A stretch of DNA of 64,000 bases from Candidatus Calditenuaceae archaeon HR02 (GCA_002898395.1 BEHE01000002.1:1-64000), one strand, 5' to 3'; shown: positions 47,961 to 58,238, counted from the stretch's first letter. Notes: generated from the sequence alone by a model not told the origin. A program made the numbers and translations.

Positions 47961-48670
47961 CCACCACCCAACCCCAGATACATTCGTCCAAGCTCCCTAT
48001 TATTTAGGAGTTCGGAGGGGTCACCCTCAAAAAGTACTCGCCCCCCAACCAGTAGGACAGCGTGGTCTGAAAGCCTAAGAGCCTTAACCACGCTCTGCTC
48101 AGCAAGCAATACTGTGAATCCGTGATCGTCTCTCAGCCTCCTCACAACGTCGAGTACTGTATTCACCATTTTTGGTGAAAGGTTGGCTGTAGGCTCGTCC
48201 AGCATGACGACTTTGGGCCGCCTCATCAAGGCCATGCCGATAGAGAGCATCTGCCTCTCACCCCCGCTCAGACTTGAAGCCTTTCTATGAAGCATCTTGT
48301 CGAGGAATGGGAAGAGCTGCAAAACCTCCTCGGTCCGCTTTCTCCTCTCGTCCTCGGGCAACATATACCCACTCATCAGGAGGTTCTCACGCACAGTCAG
48401 GTTTAAGAAAAGGTTATTGATCTGGGGGAGATACGCTATCCCTAACCGCGCAATCTCGTGGGGAGGGCGGCCGGACAGCTCGGCGCCATCGAGCCTTATG
48501 GAGCCGTTGTAGATGCTGGCTTGCCCAAAGATTGTCTTGAGGAGCGTGCTCTTGCCACTACCATTAGGACCGAGTAGGGCCGTTATCTCACCACGCCGCG
48601 CGCTCATAGAGACGTTAAATAGTATCTGAAGCCGCCCATAACCCGCGTCAAGACTCTTTACGGATATCAC
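47957..48670 (-). CDS. livF: branched-chain amino acid-type ABC ATPase (LivF)
   Basis: GPNGSGKST, LSGGERQML, LDEP, EQ. Confidence 0.9.
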   Translation of the reverse strand: MISVKSLDAGYGRLQILFNVSMSARRGEITALLGPNGSGKSTLLKTIFGQASIYNGSIRLDGAELSGRPPHEIARLGIAYLPQINNLFLNLTVRENLLMSGYMLPEDERRKRTEEVLQLFPFLDKMLHRKASSLSGGERQMLSIGMALMRRPKVVMLDEPTANLSPKMVNTVLDVVRRLRDDHGFTVLLAEQSVVKALRLSDHAVLLVGGRVLFEGDPSELLNNRELGRMYLGLGGG

Positions 48671-49437
48671 GATAACTTTTCACCGAGATAGCTCTCAACC
48701 ACCTCTGGGATTGTGAGCACCTGCTCGGGCGAGCCCTCCGCAATCAAGCGACCATTAAACATAGCCAAGACCTTGTCTGCATACTTCATGGCGAGGTCGA
48801 GTCTGTGCTCGACTATGAGGGCTGCGAGACCGACCTCCGAGACAACCTGCCTTATATGCGAAAGGACCGACTCGGCTATCACTGGGTTAAGTCCTGCCGT
48901 AGGCTCATCCATCAAGATAACCCTAGCCCCGCTCATCAGCAACCGGCCAAGCTCTAGGAGCTTCATCTGGCCGCCGCTCAACTTGCCTGCGGGCTGGTCC
49001 CTAAGCTTGTCCAACCCCACCAGCTCCAGAATCAGGAGAGCCCTCTCGGTTAGCTCCATCTCTCTCCGAATCCATCTACGCCTAATCGGTGCGACTCGAA
49101 TACTCTCACCCTCCGTAGCCCCCGCAGCCATCAAGACGTTATCAAGGACTGTTAAGCTGGGGAAATGCCGGGCTGTCTGAAAAGTTCTTACCAGACCTAT
49201 GCCAAACCGCTCATGTGGTTTCAGATGGGTAATGTCCTTTCCATTCATAAGTATTCTGCCCCTGTCGGGGTAATAGTGGCCTGCAATGAGATTGATTAGG
49301 GTGCTTTTCCCGCTACCGTTAGGCCCAATTAGAAGAGTGAAAACCCCCCTCTTGAGGGAGAGATCTACGCCATCCACCGCGCATACTCCCCCAAACCTCT
49401 TTTCCAGTCCTAGACATTTCACTAGTCCGTCGTCCAA
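48667..49437 (-). CDS. livG: branched-chain amino acid-type ABC ATPase (LivG)
   Basis: FGGV.AV, RTFQ, LSGGQMKLLE, VEH, VVESYLG. Confidence 0.9.
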   Translation of the reverse strand: MDDGLVKCLGLEKRFGGVCAVDGVDLSLKRGVFTLLIGPNGSGKSTLINLIAGHYYPDRGRILMNGKDITHLKPHERFGIGLVRTFQTARHFPSLTVLDNVLMAAGATEGESIRVAPIRRRWIRREMELTERALLILELVGLDKLRDQPAGKLSGGQMKLLELGRLLMSGARVILMDEPTAGLNPVIAESVLSHIRQVVSEVGLAALIVEHRLDLAMKYADKVLAMFNGRLIAEGSPEQVLTIPEVVESYLGEKLS

Positions 49438-49468
49438 TTCCTTTAAAAATCATAAAAATAATCCAAAT

Positions 49469-50935
49469 TTAAGTGTATTTCCCTTCGTATCCGGGCGCCC
49501 AGGCTACACTGTCTGTGGATGCCCTGTATGTGCCGACGATCTTCCATTCGTACTTGTCGCCAACCTTTTCAATAGCCCAGACATCGTAGTCTCCACCAAC
49601 CCTATCACCGCTCTCGTTCAGTATCGTCCACCCCGATGCCCCGAAGTATTGGCTACTTATGAGAGGGAGGACCCCCTTGACCGCAGTTGTATCGTATTTG
49701 TCCACAGCAAGTATCGATAGCGCTAAGACCCAGAGAATGTCATATATCGTGTATGTATAGGTATCGGGCTCCCTACCATAGACCTGTTTAACCCTCTCTC
49801 TAACCCGTTCGAATATATCACTAGTCGTTGCCGCATAGATTGTGTGGAGGAATTTCGTGTCTACGTTGAACTGAGCCGATGTAGCGTCTTTTTGTATGTC
49901 GCCTGAGCCTGCCGTGCCGTCGCTTCCAAACCATCTAACGGAGCGCAAGACGTCGCGCTTAGCCGCCTCCTGCAGGATTAATACGGCCTCCTCAAAGGAG
50001 ATTAAGTGAACAGCCACTGCCCCTTGCCCGTACTTTGAAATCGCATCTCTAACCTTACTCTCAAGCGTGGCGATTTCGGTGGCAAACTCCTTGGCGTCCG
50101 GGTTATACCTTATCCCAGAGTCTACTGCCCCGCCTAACCTCTTGAAGGCATTCTCAGTAGCCGTCTTGAGACCATCACCGTATGTGTCTCCCCTCCAGAT
50201 AGGCACATAGAATTTGATACCAGCATTCCACATTAGACGGGCAAGTGCTGGACCCTGCTTCCTATCGTCGGGTATGAATCTAAATATATTGTCGCCGGGT
50301 ACGGCCAAGTCGACCGCCGTAGAGGACTGGCTGACGACTAGTATGTTGTTCTCGTCAGCGTATGTCTTCAGGTTTCTTACCTCACGGCTGCTTAATGGGC
50401 CGGCAACCATCTTCACTCCGCGGGCGGCTAGAGCCTGCAGCTTTGCGAGAGCCTGCTCAGGCTGCGTTGCAGTGTCCTCAATCTCTAAGACAACCCTGAG
50501 GTTAATGCCGCGCTTTGAAAGCCAAGCATTAATATCGTCTCTGGCGAGCTCTAGAGCGGTCCGGTGATTTTCACCGAATGTCCTCAGGTCGCCCGAGAGG
50601 CTGAGCAGCGCGCCAATCCTAATCTCCCCACTAAGTGTCACCGCCTTGTCCGCTAGCGAGGCTGGGATATAGGGAAGCCCGTCTCCGAGCTTGACCACCG
50701 ACTGCTCGAGAAGAGAAGGCAGTGGGCCGACGGCTTGAGGCGGCTGACCCACAGTGGTGGTTAGCGTTCTCTCCTGAACAACAGTTCTCTGCTGTACAAC
50801 AGTCGTCGTCAGTGTGGCTGGAGGGCTGAGGGAGGGCCCTAGAAAGATTCCTATAACGCCACCCACTACCAGCCCGACTACAAGCAATCCGATGGCTGCT
50901 GCGGTTGAAATCGCGCGTATACTGGACTTGTTCAT
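49469..50935 (-). CDS. LivK-type substrate-binding protein, N-terminally anchored
   Basis: TM anchor plus Thr-rich linker, IGALLSLSG, EDT, FRFIPDD, YD..W. Confidence 0.88.
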   Translation of the reverse strand: MNKSSIRAISTAAAIGLLVVGLVVGGVIGIFLGPSLSPPATLTTTVVQQRTVVQERTLTTTVGQPPQAVGPLPSLLEQSVVKLGDGLPYIPASLADKAVTLSGEIRIGALLSLSGDLRTFGENHRTALELARDDINAWLSKRGINLRVVLEIEDTATQPEQALAKLQALAARGVKMVAGPLSSREVRNLKTYADENNILVVSQSSTAVDLAVPGDNIFRFIPDDRKQGPALARLMWNAGIKFYVPIWRGDTYGDGLKTATENAFKRLGGAVDSGIRYNPDAKEFATEIATLESKVRDAISKYGQGAVAVHLISFEEAVLILQEAAKRDVLRSVRWFGSDGTAGSGDIQKDATSAQFNVDTKFLHTIYAATTSDIFERVRERVKQVYGREPDTYTYTIYDILWVLALSILAVDKYDTTAVKGVLPLISSQYFGASGWTILNESGDRVGGDYDVWAIEKVGDKYEWKIVGTYRASTDSVAWAPGYEGKYT

Positions 50936-51008
50936 TGTAAGTGTTTATACGAGGCTTACAGTATATAAACTTTAAATTGAGATACTTAACATCGATCGTA
51001 TAAGCCCC

Positions 51009-51923
51009 TTGGTCGACCCAGCTTTAGTGAATACGCTAGTTTTCTCAGGGATAGCTGCCATGTCAAGCGTGGGCTTGACCCTCACCTATCTAACCACCCG
51101 CGTCCCCAACTTCGCCCACGGATCATTCCTCACGGTTGGGGCCTACGTGGCCGTCTACTGGGCCCAAATACTACAGAGGAGCCCCTATGAGGTTGTCTGG
51201 GCCTCTGCACTTTTGAGCGGATTGGTCTCAGTTACGCAATACAAAGTTGTCCTAAACCCCCTCAGGAGGAGGGGGGCTTCACCGACCTATCAGATGATTG
51301 CGACCTTGACCGTTGCTTTCTTCATCTTTGGAGTAATGAGTATTTTGGCCGACTATTTCGGAAGGACCTACAAGGTAAGGACAAGCTATATTGCCCTTAG
51401 AGCATTCGATCCGGAGATAATGTCTATTCCTCTGGTCACGCTATTATCACTTGCGTCGGTCATCCTATCCACAATCCTCCTCTACATATTCCTAAACAAA
51501 ACAAGGACTGGCGTAGCTCTGAGAGCGTCAATCGAGAATCCAGAACTCGCCCAAGTATTGGGAATCAACATCGAGAGAATGTACATGCTGGCATGGTTTA
51601 TCGCGGGCTCGTTGGGAGGATTCGCCGGTCTAATGTATGCCATGTGGCTCCCAGTCACAACCACGGCGGGCGACGAGTTTCTACCCACGATATTCGCATC
51701 CAGCATCCTCGGCGGGCTGTCCAGCATATTCGGTTCTCTAGCTGGCGGGATACTGGTGGGGGCGGCAAACTCTCTGATACCGCAGATGATAGCCGCGTTG
51801 GGTTTCACGGAGATAATACAGTATCGGCCGATCATACCGCTCCTGATAATGTCTATAGTCCTGCTGACGGTGCCCGAGGGAATAACGTCCTTGGCTATGA
51901 AGTGGGTGAGGTCCTCGAGATGA
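51009..51923 (+). CDS. livH: branched-chain amino acid-type ABC permease (LivH)
   Basis: GLTLTY..PNFAHG, GVALRA..NPELA..GIN, ILGGL. Confidence 0.9.
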   Translation: MVDPALVNTLVFSGIAAMSSVGLTLTYLTTRVPNFAHGSFLTVGAYVAVYWAQILQRSPYEVVWASALLSGLVSVTQYKVVLNPLRRRGASPTYQMIATLTVAFFIFGVMSILADYFGRTYKVRTSYIALRAFDPEIMSIPLVTLLSLASVILSTILLYIFLNKTRTGVALRASIENPELAQVLGINIERMYMLAWFIAGSLGGFAGLMYAMWLPVTTTAGDEFLPTIFASSILGGLSSIFGSLAGGILVGAANSLIPQMIAALGFTEIIQYRPIIPLLIMSIVLLTVPEGITSLAMKWVRSSR

Positions 51924-53008
51924 TCTCTTTAGACCAATTGATTAGATTTGTTCTGGATCTCGCACCCTGGGTAGCGGCCTACCTCGTGATATCTCTAAGC
52001 CTCAACCTCGAGTATGGGTTTGGGGGGATTCCTAACTTCGGTAAAGTGCTTTGCGTTTCAGGTGGAGCGTTTCTTGTCGGCGCAATCCCTGGACAGCTGA
52101 TAGCAGCACTCTATAACTTGGGGGAGGGACTGAACTATTTCGATAACCACGCTCAGATTATGCCGAAGATAAACGACGTCCTCGCGAGAGATCCTATCCT
52201 CTCAACCGCCTTACTGATCTTTACACTGATTGCAACCATGCTCGTAGGTGCTGGTCTTGGACTCGTCTCGAGCATACCCTCAGTGAGGCTAAGAGAAGAG
52301 TATCTGGCAATGACACTTTTAGCTATGGGCGAGATCCTCATACTTATTGGCGACAATTATAAGAGTCTCATAGGTGGGACTTTAGGAGTCTTTGTCCCCA
52401 GCTTCCTTGGATGGATACCTGTCCCAACTAGGAGTTATGTACTAACAGCGTTACTGGTGGGCATAGCCGTGCTGGTTTTCATCTTTGTCGAGCTATTGAC
52501 AAAGTCTCCGTATGGTAGGCTTCTCAAGTCGATAAGGGATGACGAGGTGCTAGCCCAAGCACTCGGGCGCGACGTTGTTAGCGTTAAGAGGAAAACAATA
52601 ATTCTTGCAGGCGCTCTTGCAGGCTTGGCCGGTGCCATGCTTGCACTCACCACAGGTGCTGTTAATGCTAAGAATTACAGTAGGGCTAACCACACCTTCA
52701 TCCCATGGGTGATGGTTCTGGTTGGTGGCGCCGCGAATAACTGGGGAACGGCCCTTGGCGTCATTGTGTTTATGGCCTCTTCGCGCCTGATTGATGTCTT
52801 CAAGAGAGAGCTACAGCTTTATCTCCCATTTGACGTGGTCTGGCTGACACCGCTCCTACTCAGTACGACACTTCTCATAGTAATGTTCTTCAGGCCAGGT
52901 GGGATAATACCTGAGAGCCGGGCGCAAACGCTTAAGCCAGAAGAGCTGGATTCACTTAAAACAGGCCTGAGACAACATCCTGACCGTACACGAGAGCTAA
53001 AAGCCTAG
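51920..53008 (+). CDS. livM: branched-chain amino acid-type ABC permease (LivM)
   Basis: LNLEYG.GGIPNFG, RLREEYLA, SPYGRLLKSIRDDE; ATG at 51920. Confidence 0.9.
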   Translation: MISLDQLIRFVLDLAPWVAAYLVISLSLNLEYGFGGIPNFGKVLCVSGGAFLVGAIPGQLIAALYNLGEGLNYFDNHAQIMPKINDVLARDPILSTALLIFTLIATMLVGAGLGLVSSIPSVRLREEYLAMTLLAMGEILILIGDNYKSLIGGTLGVFVPSFLGWIPVPTRSYVLTALLVGIAVLVFIFVELLTKSPYGRLLKSIRDDEVLAQALGRDVVSVKRKTIILAGALAGLAGAMLALTTGAVNAKNYSRANHTFIPWVMVLVGGAANNWGTALGVIVFMASSRLIDVFKRELQLYLPFDVVWLTPLLLSTTLLIVMFFRPGGIIPESRAQTLKPEELDSLKTGLRQHPDRTRELKA

Positions 53009-53057
53009 GCTGGGGAGTCATCTTAATAACATGCCACCCTCAGCATCGGAGTAGGGA

Positions 53058-53303
53058 TTGGGAAAGATACGCACTAGGAAGGTCAAGGTTCTCGCTGCCG
53101 AGATACTTGAACACTACCCTGACAGGGTTAAGCCAGATTTCCAGCAAAATAAGCTCCTAGTTCAGGAGGTATTGGAGGGAACAGTCTCTCAGAGGCTGAT
53201 AAACAAGGTAGCCGGCTACCTTACTACACTCGTGAAGAGGAGGCTCAAGGAGGGTGAGGTACAGGAGGAGGCGGTAGAGGCTACGGGCGGGGTTAACGCT
53301 TAA
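53058..53303 (+). CDS. rps17e: 30S ribosomal protein S17e
   Basis: MGKIRTRKVK..DFQQNK..NKVAGYLT. Confidence 0.96.
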   Translation: MGKIRTRKVKVLAAEILEHYPDRVKPDFQQNKLLVQEVLEGTVSQRLINKVAGYLTTLVKRRLKEGEVQEEAVEATGGVNA

Positions 53304-53348
53304 TATTTAGCAGCGGAGCAATCCGTTAAGGGGGCTCTAGATAGTATA

Positions 53349-54461
53349 ATGGGGATTACAGGCAGAAAGAAAGACCACATAAGAATAGTGCTTGAGAGCA
53401 TGTCGGTACAGAGGGGCAGTAACTGGCTCGAATATGTGCACATAATTCCAAGAGCGGCGCCAGACATTAATGTCGAAGAGGTCGACGTAACTGCCACTTT
53501 CCTCGGGAAGCGATTTTCAGCACCTATATTAATTGAGGGGATGACGGGCGGTACTGATGAGGCTGCCAAGATAAATGCAACTCTGGCGGAGGCTGCAGAA
53601 AGTGCGGGAATCCCGATGGGCGTTGGGAGCCAGAGAGCTGGGATTGCTAGCCCTGAGCTCCGCTATACGTTCAGGGCCGCCCGTGAGGCAGGCCCAGATT
53701 TATTCCTGATAGCGAATATAGGGGCGGCGCAGCTGGCACAGCACGGGGTACACTCTGCATGGGAGGCGGTTAAAATGATCGACGCAAACGCCATAGCAAT
53801 ACACGTGAACACCCTCCAGGAGATTATACAGCCTGAGGGGGATAGAAGGTTTAAAGGGTTTCTAGCGCAGATTCGCAGACTATGCGGCGAGATTGGGATA
53901 CCCGTGATAATTAAGGAGGTGGGTTGTGGGATCTCCTTCGAGGACGCTGTCATACTCCGCGAACTTGGGGTCTCGGCGGTTGATGTGGCGGGTAGAGGTG
54001 GGACAAGCTGGGTGGAGATAGAGAGGATGAGGGCGGTTGAGGCAGGGAGGCTTGACAGAGCCCAGTTGGCGGAGGTATTTCAGGACTGGGGAATACCCAC
54101 CGCTGCCTCTGTCCTAGAGGTGGCACAGGTTGACGGCCTCGAGATAGTTGGCTCCGGCGGTATAAGAAATGGCCTCGAGATCGCCAAACTACTTCTTCTA
54201 GGTGCAAATATGGGAGGAATGGCCATGCCCTTCCTGAGGGCAGCTGTTCAGGGGGTTGGGGAAGTTGAGAATCTGATTAAGCGTCTAAAAGAGGAGCTGA
54301 GAGTAACCCTCGCGCTTTGTGGCGCCTCCAACATAACCGAGTTCAAAAAAAAGACCAGTTACATCTTAACTGGCCCACTAAAAGAGTGGAGAGACCAGCG
54401 AATCGCAGGCAGAGCAGGGAAGAACCAGCGGCACAGCTCACACCATGAGCGGCAACCTTAG
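53349..54461 (+). CDS. fni: type 2 isopentenyl-diphosphate isomerase
   Basis: RKKDHI, MTGG, GVGSQR, HVNTLQE..QPEGD, KEVG, GGTSW. Confidence 0.96.
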   Translation: MGITGRKKDHIRIVLESMSVQRGSNWLEYVHIIPRAAPDINVEEVDVTATFLGKRFSAPILIEGMTGGTDEAAKINATLAEAAESAGIPMGVGSQRAGIASPELRYTFRAAREAGPDLFLIANIGAAQLAQHGVHSAWEAVKMIDANAIAIHVNTLQEIIQPEGDRRFKGFLAQIRRLCGEIGIPVIIKEVGCGISFEDAVILRELGVSAVDVAGRGGTSWVEIERMRAVEAGRLDRAQLAEVFQDWGIPTAASVLEVAQVDGLEIVGSGGIRNGLEIAKLLLLGANMGGMAMPFLRAAVQGVGEVENLIKRLKEELRVTLALCGASNITEFKKKTSYILTGPLKEWRDQRIAGRAGKNQRHSSHHERQP

Positions 54462-55277
54462 ATGATAAAGGATATAGAGAATGATTGCCACAGCAACGTA
54501 AGAAGCCCACGCCTTAAAGGATGTCGTAATTATTTTCAAACCGTCAAGGGGGCCTAGTGGAATAAGGTTTATCAGACCCATCAATACGTTCAAATGCCCG
54601 ACCAGGAGCAGAGCTATAGAGAGGCCAATGTTAAACAATCCGAGGAGCGAGTAGGTTATGTAGATGACGGGCAGCAGTACTGCAGCAATAACCAGATTAA
54701 CGATGGGGCCCGCAGCGGCGATCTTGGCAACGCCACGTTGAGTGGCGTAGCCGAAGATTATGACTGCTCCCGGAGCTATGAATTTGAAGGGTAGTAGTAT
54801 TGATATTAGGCTTATAATCGAGCCGAATAGATTCAACCTAAACCTTGCCCAGTGCCCCTGCCTAACCGCCTCGAACTTATGGGCCAGCTCGTGGGCTATG
54901 AAAGAGGCCACAACAGCCGCAACCACACCAGCTGAGAGAGGAATCCCCCACAACATGGCTAGAGGATAGATCAGCGAGAAAGCCACGCCGGCCACGATGC
55001 AGGAGCCTGCAAAGAGGTGTAGAGCCTCAGAGCCTTTCTCCATAGCTGTGAGCTTGGAAAAGAGCATCTCGGTCTTCACCGCAAGCATGGTGGCAGACCT
55101 AGGGGAGCCGCCTTGAGACCTGGCCTCCCTCTTCTCAATCTCAATCAAGTTACGCGCAAGGTACAATGAGCGACACTCATGGGCCTCGGGGAGCCTATGC
55201 TTAGAGCAGAAATAGTCCCCACAGTAGGCACACTTGAAGGGTAGTACCTCCTCGGCGCCGCATTTACTGCAACGCAT
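54438..55277 (-). CDS. AN1-type zinc finger fused to M50 (site-2) metalloprotease
   Basis: CSKC..PFKCAYCGDYFCSKHRLPEAHEC; HELAH, AGP..N, NLIPLGPLDG. Confidence 0.9.
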   Translation of the reverse strand: MRCSKCGAEEVLPFKCAYCGDYFCSKHRLPEAHECRSLYLARNLIEIEKREARSQGGSPRSATMLAVKTEMLFSKLTAMEKGSEALHLFAGSCIVAGVAFSLIYPLAMLWGIPLSAGVVAAVVASFIAHELAHKFEAVRQGHWARFRLNLFGSIISLISILLPFKFIAPGAVIIFGYATQRGVAKIAAAGPIVNLVIAAVLLPVIYITYSLLGLFNIGLSIALLLVGHLNVLMGLINLIPLGPLDGLKIITTSFKAWASYVAVAIILYILYHLRLPLMV

Positions 55278-55460
55278 ACTATACCCTAAACCTTAACCTA
55301 TCCTCTATCACTGAGCCTTAAACTTTCCTTCAAGATAGGCCGGCCGGTAGCCCTCCAGCACCGTCCTAGAGGCCGCCCCTAAGGATTTCTTAGTCAACAA
55401 CCAGCAAGCATTAGTCAAAGATATATTTATGAGCCCCGTAGACAGTTTTAAGGAGGAGCT

Positions 55461-56600
55461 GTGGTAACACTCACACCCGCTTCCGGAGACAGTGTATCTG
55501 TGCTATTCCAACTACTCTGGTTCCTCTTCCTCCTAACGTTTTTCTTCATCTACCCCTACTTCGGGCAAAAGACACAGCTGGCATTCATTCTGAGGTACAT
55601 TGAGAAGAGGCTGGCAGTGCTTAAACAGATAAGGGACGAGGTGAAGGAGAGGACAGTCAGCACACTCAAGCTATATGTCGATGACAATAAGGACTCGGCA
55701 GCGATGGAAAAGGAGCTGGAAAACTTGTTAGAGTTCTTCTACATCCCGCCAGAGTCCATGGATCCGTCCGGCATAGTGTACAAGCTGGAGCATATCCTTG
55801 AGATCGGTGATTCTCGTTTTGAGGAGAGTGTTTCTAGGATGGCGCCGAAGGCCGATATTCACCGCGTCAAGAGCCTCTCAAACCTCGTCGAGGTGGCCCG
55901 GGCTCTCAACATTATCTACAGAGTTGTCAGGCATTATTATCTATTGGGTAAAAGGATGGCTAACTACTTCTTGGCAGTGCAGATACAGATACAGCTCCCC
56001 ATGATAATGGAGCTGGCAGAGTCATATAGGCAGGCATCATATGCCTTCCTTAAAGGTCTACCGATAGGAGACGGGATAGGCGTGCTATCTGCCGCAAAAT
56101 TTGTCAGGGAGAGTAAGAAGATATCTGATATGGAGATAGCTAAGGATACCTGGCTTGAAGTCGTCGAGTTTGAGGGTAGGAAGGTGTATGTTGTAAGGCC
56201 TATCGGGCCGGGCGGCACAGTAGGGAGGCCAGGGGAGGCTGTAAAGAAGCTGGTCTACGAGATGGACACCAAGCCAGACTTAATAATAACAATTGATGCG
56301 GCGTTAAAGCTGGAGGGCGAGGAAACTGGGAAGATAGCTGAGGGGGTGGGCGTAGCTATAGGCGGTCCAGGGATCGACAAGTTCAAGATCGAGACCATTG
56401 CGAAAGAGAAGAACGTCCCACTTTACGCCATCGTGATATACCAGTCGATACTGGAGGCGATAACGCCGATGAGGGAAAGTATTGTAAAGTCCGCCGACAT
56501 CGTAGTGAATAGGGTGAAAGAGTTGATAAGGGATAAAGTCCCCTCTAATGGGACGGCCGTCGTAGCCGGTATAGGAAACACTATTGGCGTGGGGATCTAG
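55461..56600 (+). CDS. DUF1512 family protein
   Basis: N-terminal TM, I.PESMDPSG, PIGDGIG, IDAALKLEGE, GVAIGGPG, GIGNTIG. Confidence 0.85.
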   Translation: MVTLTPASGDSVSVLFQLLWFLFLLTFFFIYPYFGQKTQLAFILRYIEKRLAVLKQIRDEVKERTVSTLKLYVDDNKDSAAMEKELENLLEFFYIPPESMDPSGIVYKLEHILEIGDSRFEESVSRMAPKADIHRVKSLSNLVEVARALNIIYRVVRHYYLLGKRMANYFLAVQIQIQLPMIMELAESYRQASYAFLKGLPIGDGIGVLSAAKFVRESKKISDMEIAKDTWLEVVEFEGRKVYVVRPIGPGGTVGRPGEAVKKLVYEMDTKPDLIITIDAALKLEGEETGKIAEGVGVAIGGPGIDKFKIETIAKEKNVPLYAIVIYQSILEAITPMRESIVKSADIVVNRVKELIRDKVPSNGTAVVAGIGNTIGVGI

Positions 56601-56611
56601 GAGGGAACCGC

Positions 56612-56851
56612 ATGAGCATTAACATGACCGGATTGGGGCAGGAGGGCTCCATCACAAAGGTTAGGCCGGTGCCCTTCAACCCTATCACCCAGCTGAAATG
56701 CCTGAGCTGCGGCTCGACACACACCCGGCCTCACAAAGAGGGCGACTTTATCTTCAAAAATGTCGAGGAGAAGTGCCCTAACTGTGGGGGCAACACCCAC
56801 TTAATCACCGCCATCTATGTAGAGGAGCAGAAACAGCAAAGATTCAGATAA
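56612..56851 (+). CDS. small zinc-ribbon protein
   Basis: CLSC..R..KEGDFIFK..CPNCG..ITAIY; AGGAGG SD upstream. Confidence 0.8.
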   Translation: MSINMTGLGQEGSITKVRPVPFNPITQLKCLSCGSTHTRPHKEGDFIFKNVEEKCPNCGGNTHLITAIYVEEQKQQRFR

Positions 56852-56888
56852 AACACTTCGTATAAATTTTGCAGACTGTAACCACTCC

Positions 56889-58154
56889 TCAGGCTGTCTC
56901 CCTCTTAGCGAGAATAGCTTCGCGGGAGACGTGGGAGTGGGGGTCTATCTTGGCATTGGTTAGCACAGAGCCTTTCTCGATCACCGAATTGTCTCCAACA
57001 ACGCTTACGCCTAGAACTACTGTGGGCTCAATTCTCGAGGACAATATCTTTACATGCCGCGCGATAATTGAATCTTGTATATATGCTCCCTCTCCCACAT
57101 AAACCCTGTCGTGCAGCGCAGATCTCTCGATTGTTACACCATCACCGATAAAACAGTAGTTATCAATGTACGCGTCCCCGATAATTACATCATCACCAAT
57201 CTGGCAATGCCGCCCAATGAGGACATTTCCATCGATCTTGATCCGGCCCTCCTGGACCTTCCTGAGAATCTCTTCCTTCCTACGCATAGAGGCCAAGCTC
57301 TGGCCAAGTATCCAGAGCTTGGATCCTCCCGCCTCGTATGTAGGCTCCCCAAAGAAAATATTCATAAAACCGCTATCCATAATCCTCATCATCGACTCGA
57401 GATAGAGTTCAGGTGTCCCAACATCGTACCATTCGCCCTTCATTTCATAGGCATATACCTTGTATCCTTTCTTGATGAGATAAGGAATGAGGTCTAATCC
57501 GAAGTCGAGGCGCCGTAAAGTGGCTTTCCTCGCCCTGACTTCAGGGTCTAAACAGATCCTCCTGACGTCTGGTGAGAAGAGATAGATCCCCGTACTGGCG
57601 AGGTTTGATGGTTCCTCGCCGCGCGGAGGCTTCTCCACGAATCCATTAACCCTGCCCTTACCATCTACCTCAACTACCCCGTAGGCAGATGGGTCTGATA
57701 CACGCTTCACACCAACTGTGACGAATGCTGAGTTCTCCTCATGAAAGGCCAACAGAGACTTCAGATCTAGTTCGAAGACATTGTCTCCTTGTGCAACAAG
57801 GACGGGTGTGTTTATGTCATAGTAATCCAAGTTAATCAGGAAGCTATCAGCGTTTCCAACGTCATCTATGTTTGGCTGATATTTTATAGAGATCCGGGGC
57901 GTGATACCGTATTTTAAAGAGATTCCATGCCCCTCTTGGAAATAGTCGAAGAGGGAGCGATAATTTATATACCCCTTAACACCGAAGACGAAGTTCCTAA
58001 TCCCTTGCCACGCCAGGTGGATAATAGCATATTCTATGAGGGGTCTCCCTAAAAACCTGACCAATGCTTTAGACACTTCTAAGGTGAGAGGCTGAAGCCT
58101 CTTAGCCACCCCCCCTACGGGTATGAAGGCATAAAGGTCGGAAACTTGAGCCAA
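56889..58154 (-). CDS. NDP-sugar synthase / sugar-phosphate nucleotidyltransferase with hexapeptide repeats
   Basis: GG.AKRLQPLT..K, QGD, YGVV, FVEKP, WYDVGT, left-handed beta-helix. Confidence 0.9.
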   Translation of the reverse strand: MAQVSDLYAFIPVGGVAKRLQPLTLEVSKALVRFLGRPLIEYAIIHLAWQGIRNFVFGVKGYINYRSLFDYFQEGHGISLKYGITPRISIKYQPNIDDVGNADSFLINLDYYDINTPVLVAQGDNVFELDLKSLLAFHEENSAFVTVGVKRVSDPSAYGVVEVDGKGRVNGFVEKPPRGEEPSNLASTGIYLFSPDVRRICLDPEVRARKATLRRLDFGLDLIPYLIKKGYKVYAYEMKGEWYDVGTPELYLESMMRIMDSGFMNIFFGEPTYEAGGSKLWILGQSLASMRRKEEILRKVQEGRIKIDGNVLIGRHCQIGDDVIIGDAYIDNYCFIGDGVTIERSALHDRVYVGEGAYIQDSIIARHVKILSSRIEPTVVLGVSVVGDNSVIEKGSVLTNAKIDPHSHVSREAILAKRETA

Positions 58155-58238
58155 CCCAATAAACTATTATCGCACTAAGCTTGATAAGGATTTCCTCTCC
58201 CGCGGCTAAAAACCATAAATCATGCTAAGATAAACTGT

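Noticed and set aside
51593-51919. N-terminal extensions of LivM (from 51593) and the ABC-2 permease (from 21116)
   Set aside because: They overlap upstream genes. ATGA-coupled starts at 51920 and 21236 fit family lengths.
55335-55382. GC-rich hairpin (minus strand CCTCTAG/CTGGAGG) as an H/ACA or other sRNA
   Set aside because: The stem is short, with no convincing K-turn or ACA box.
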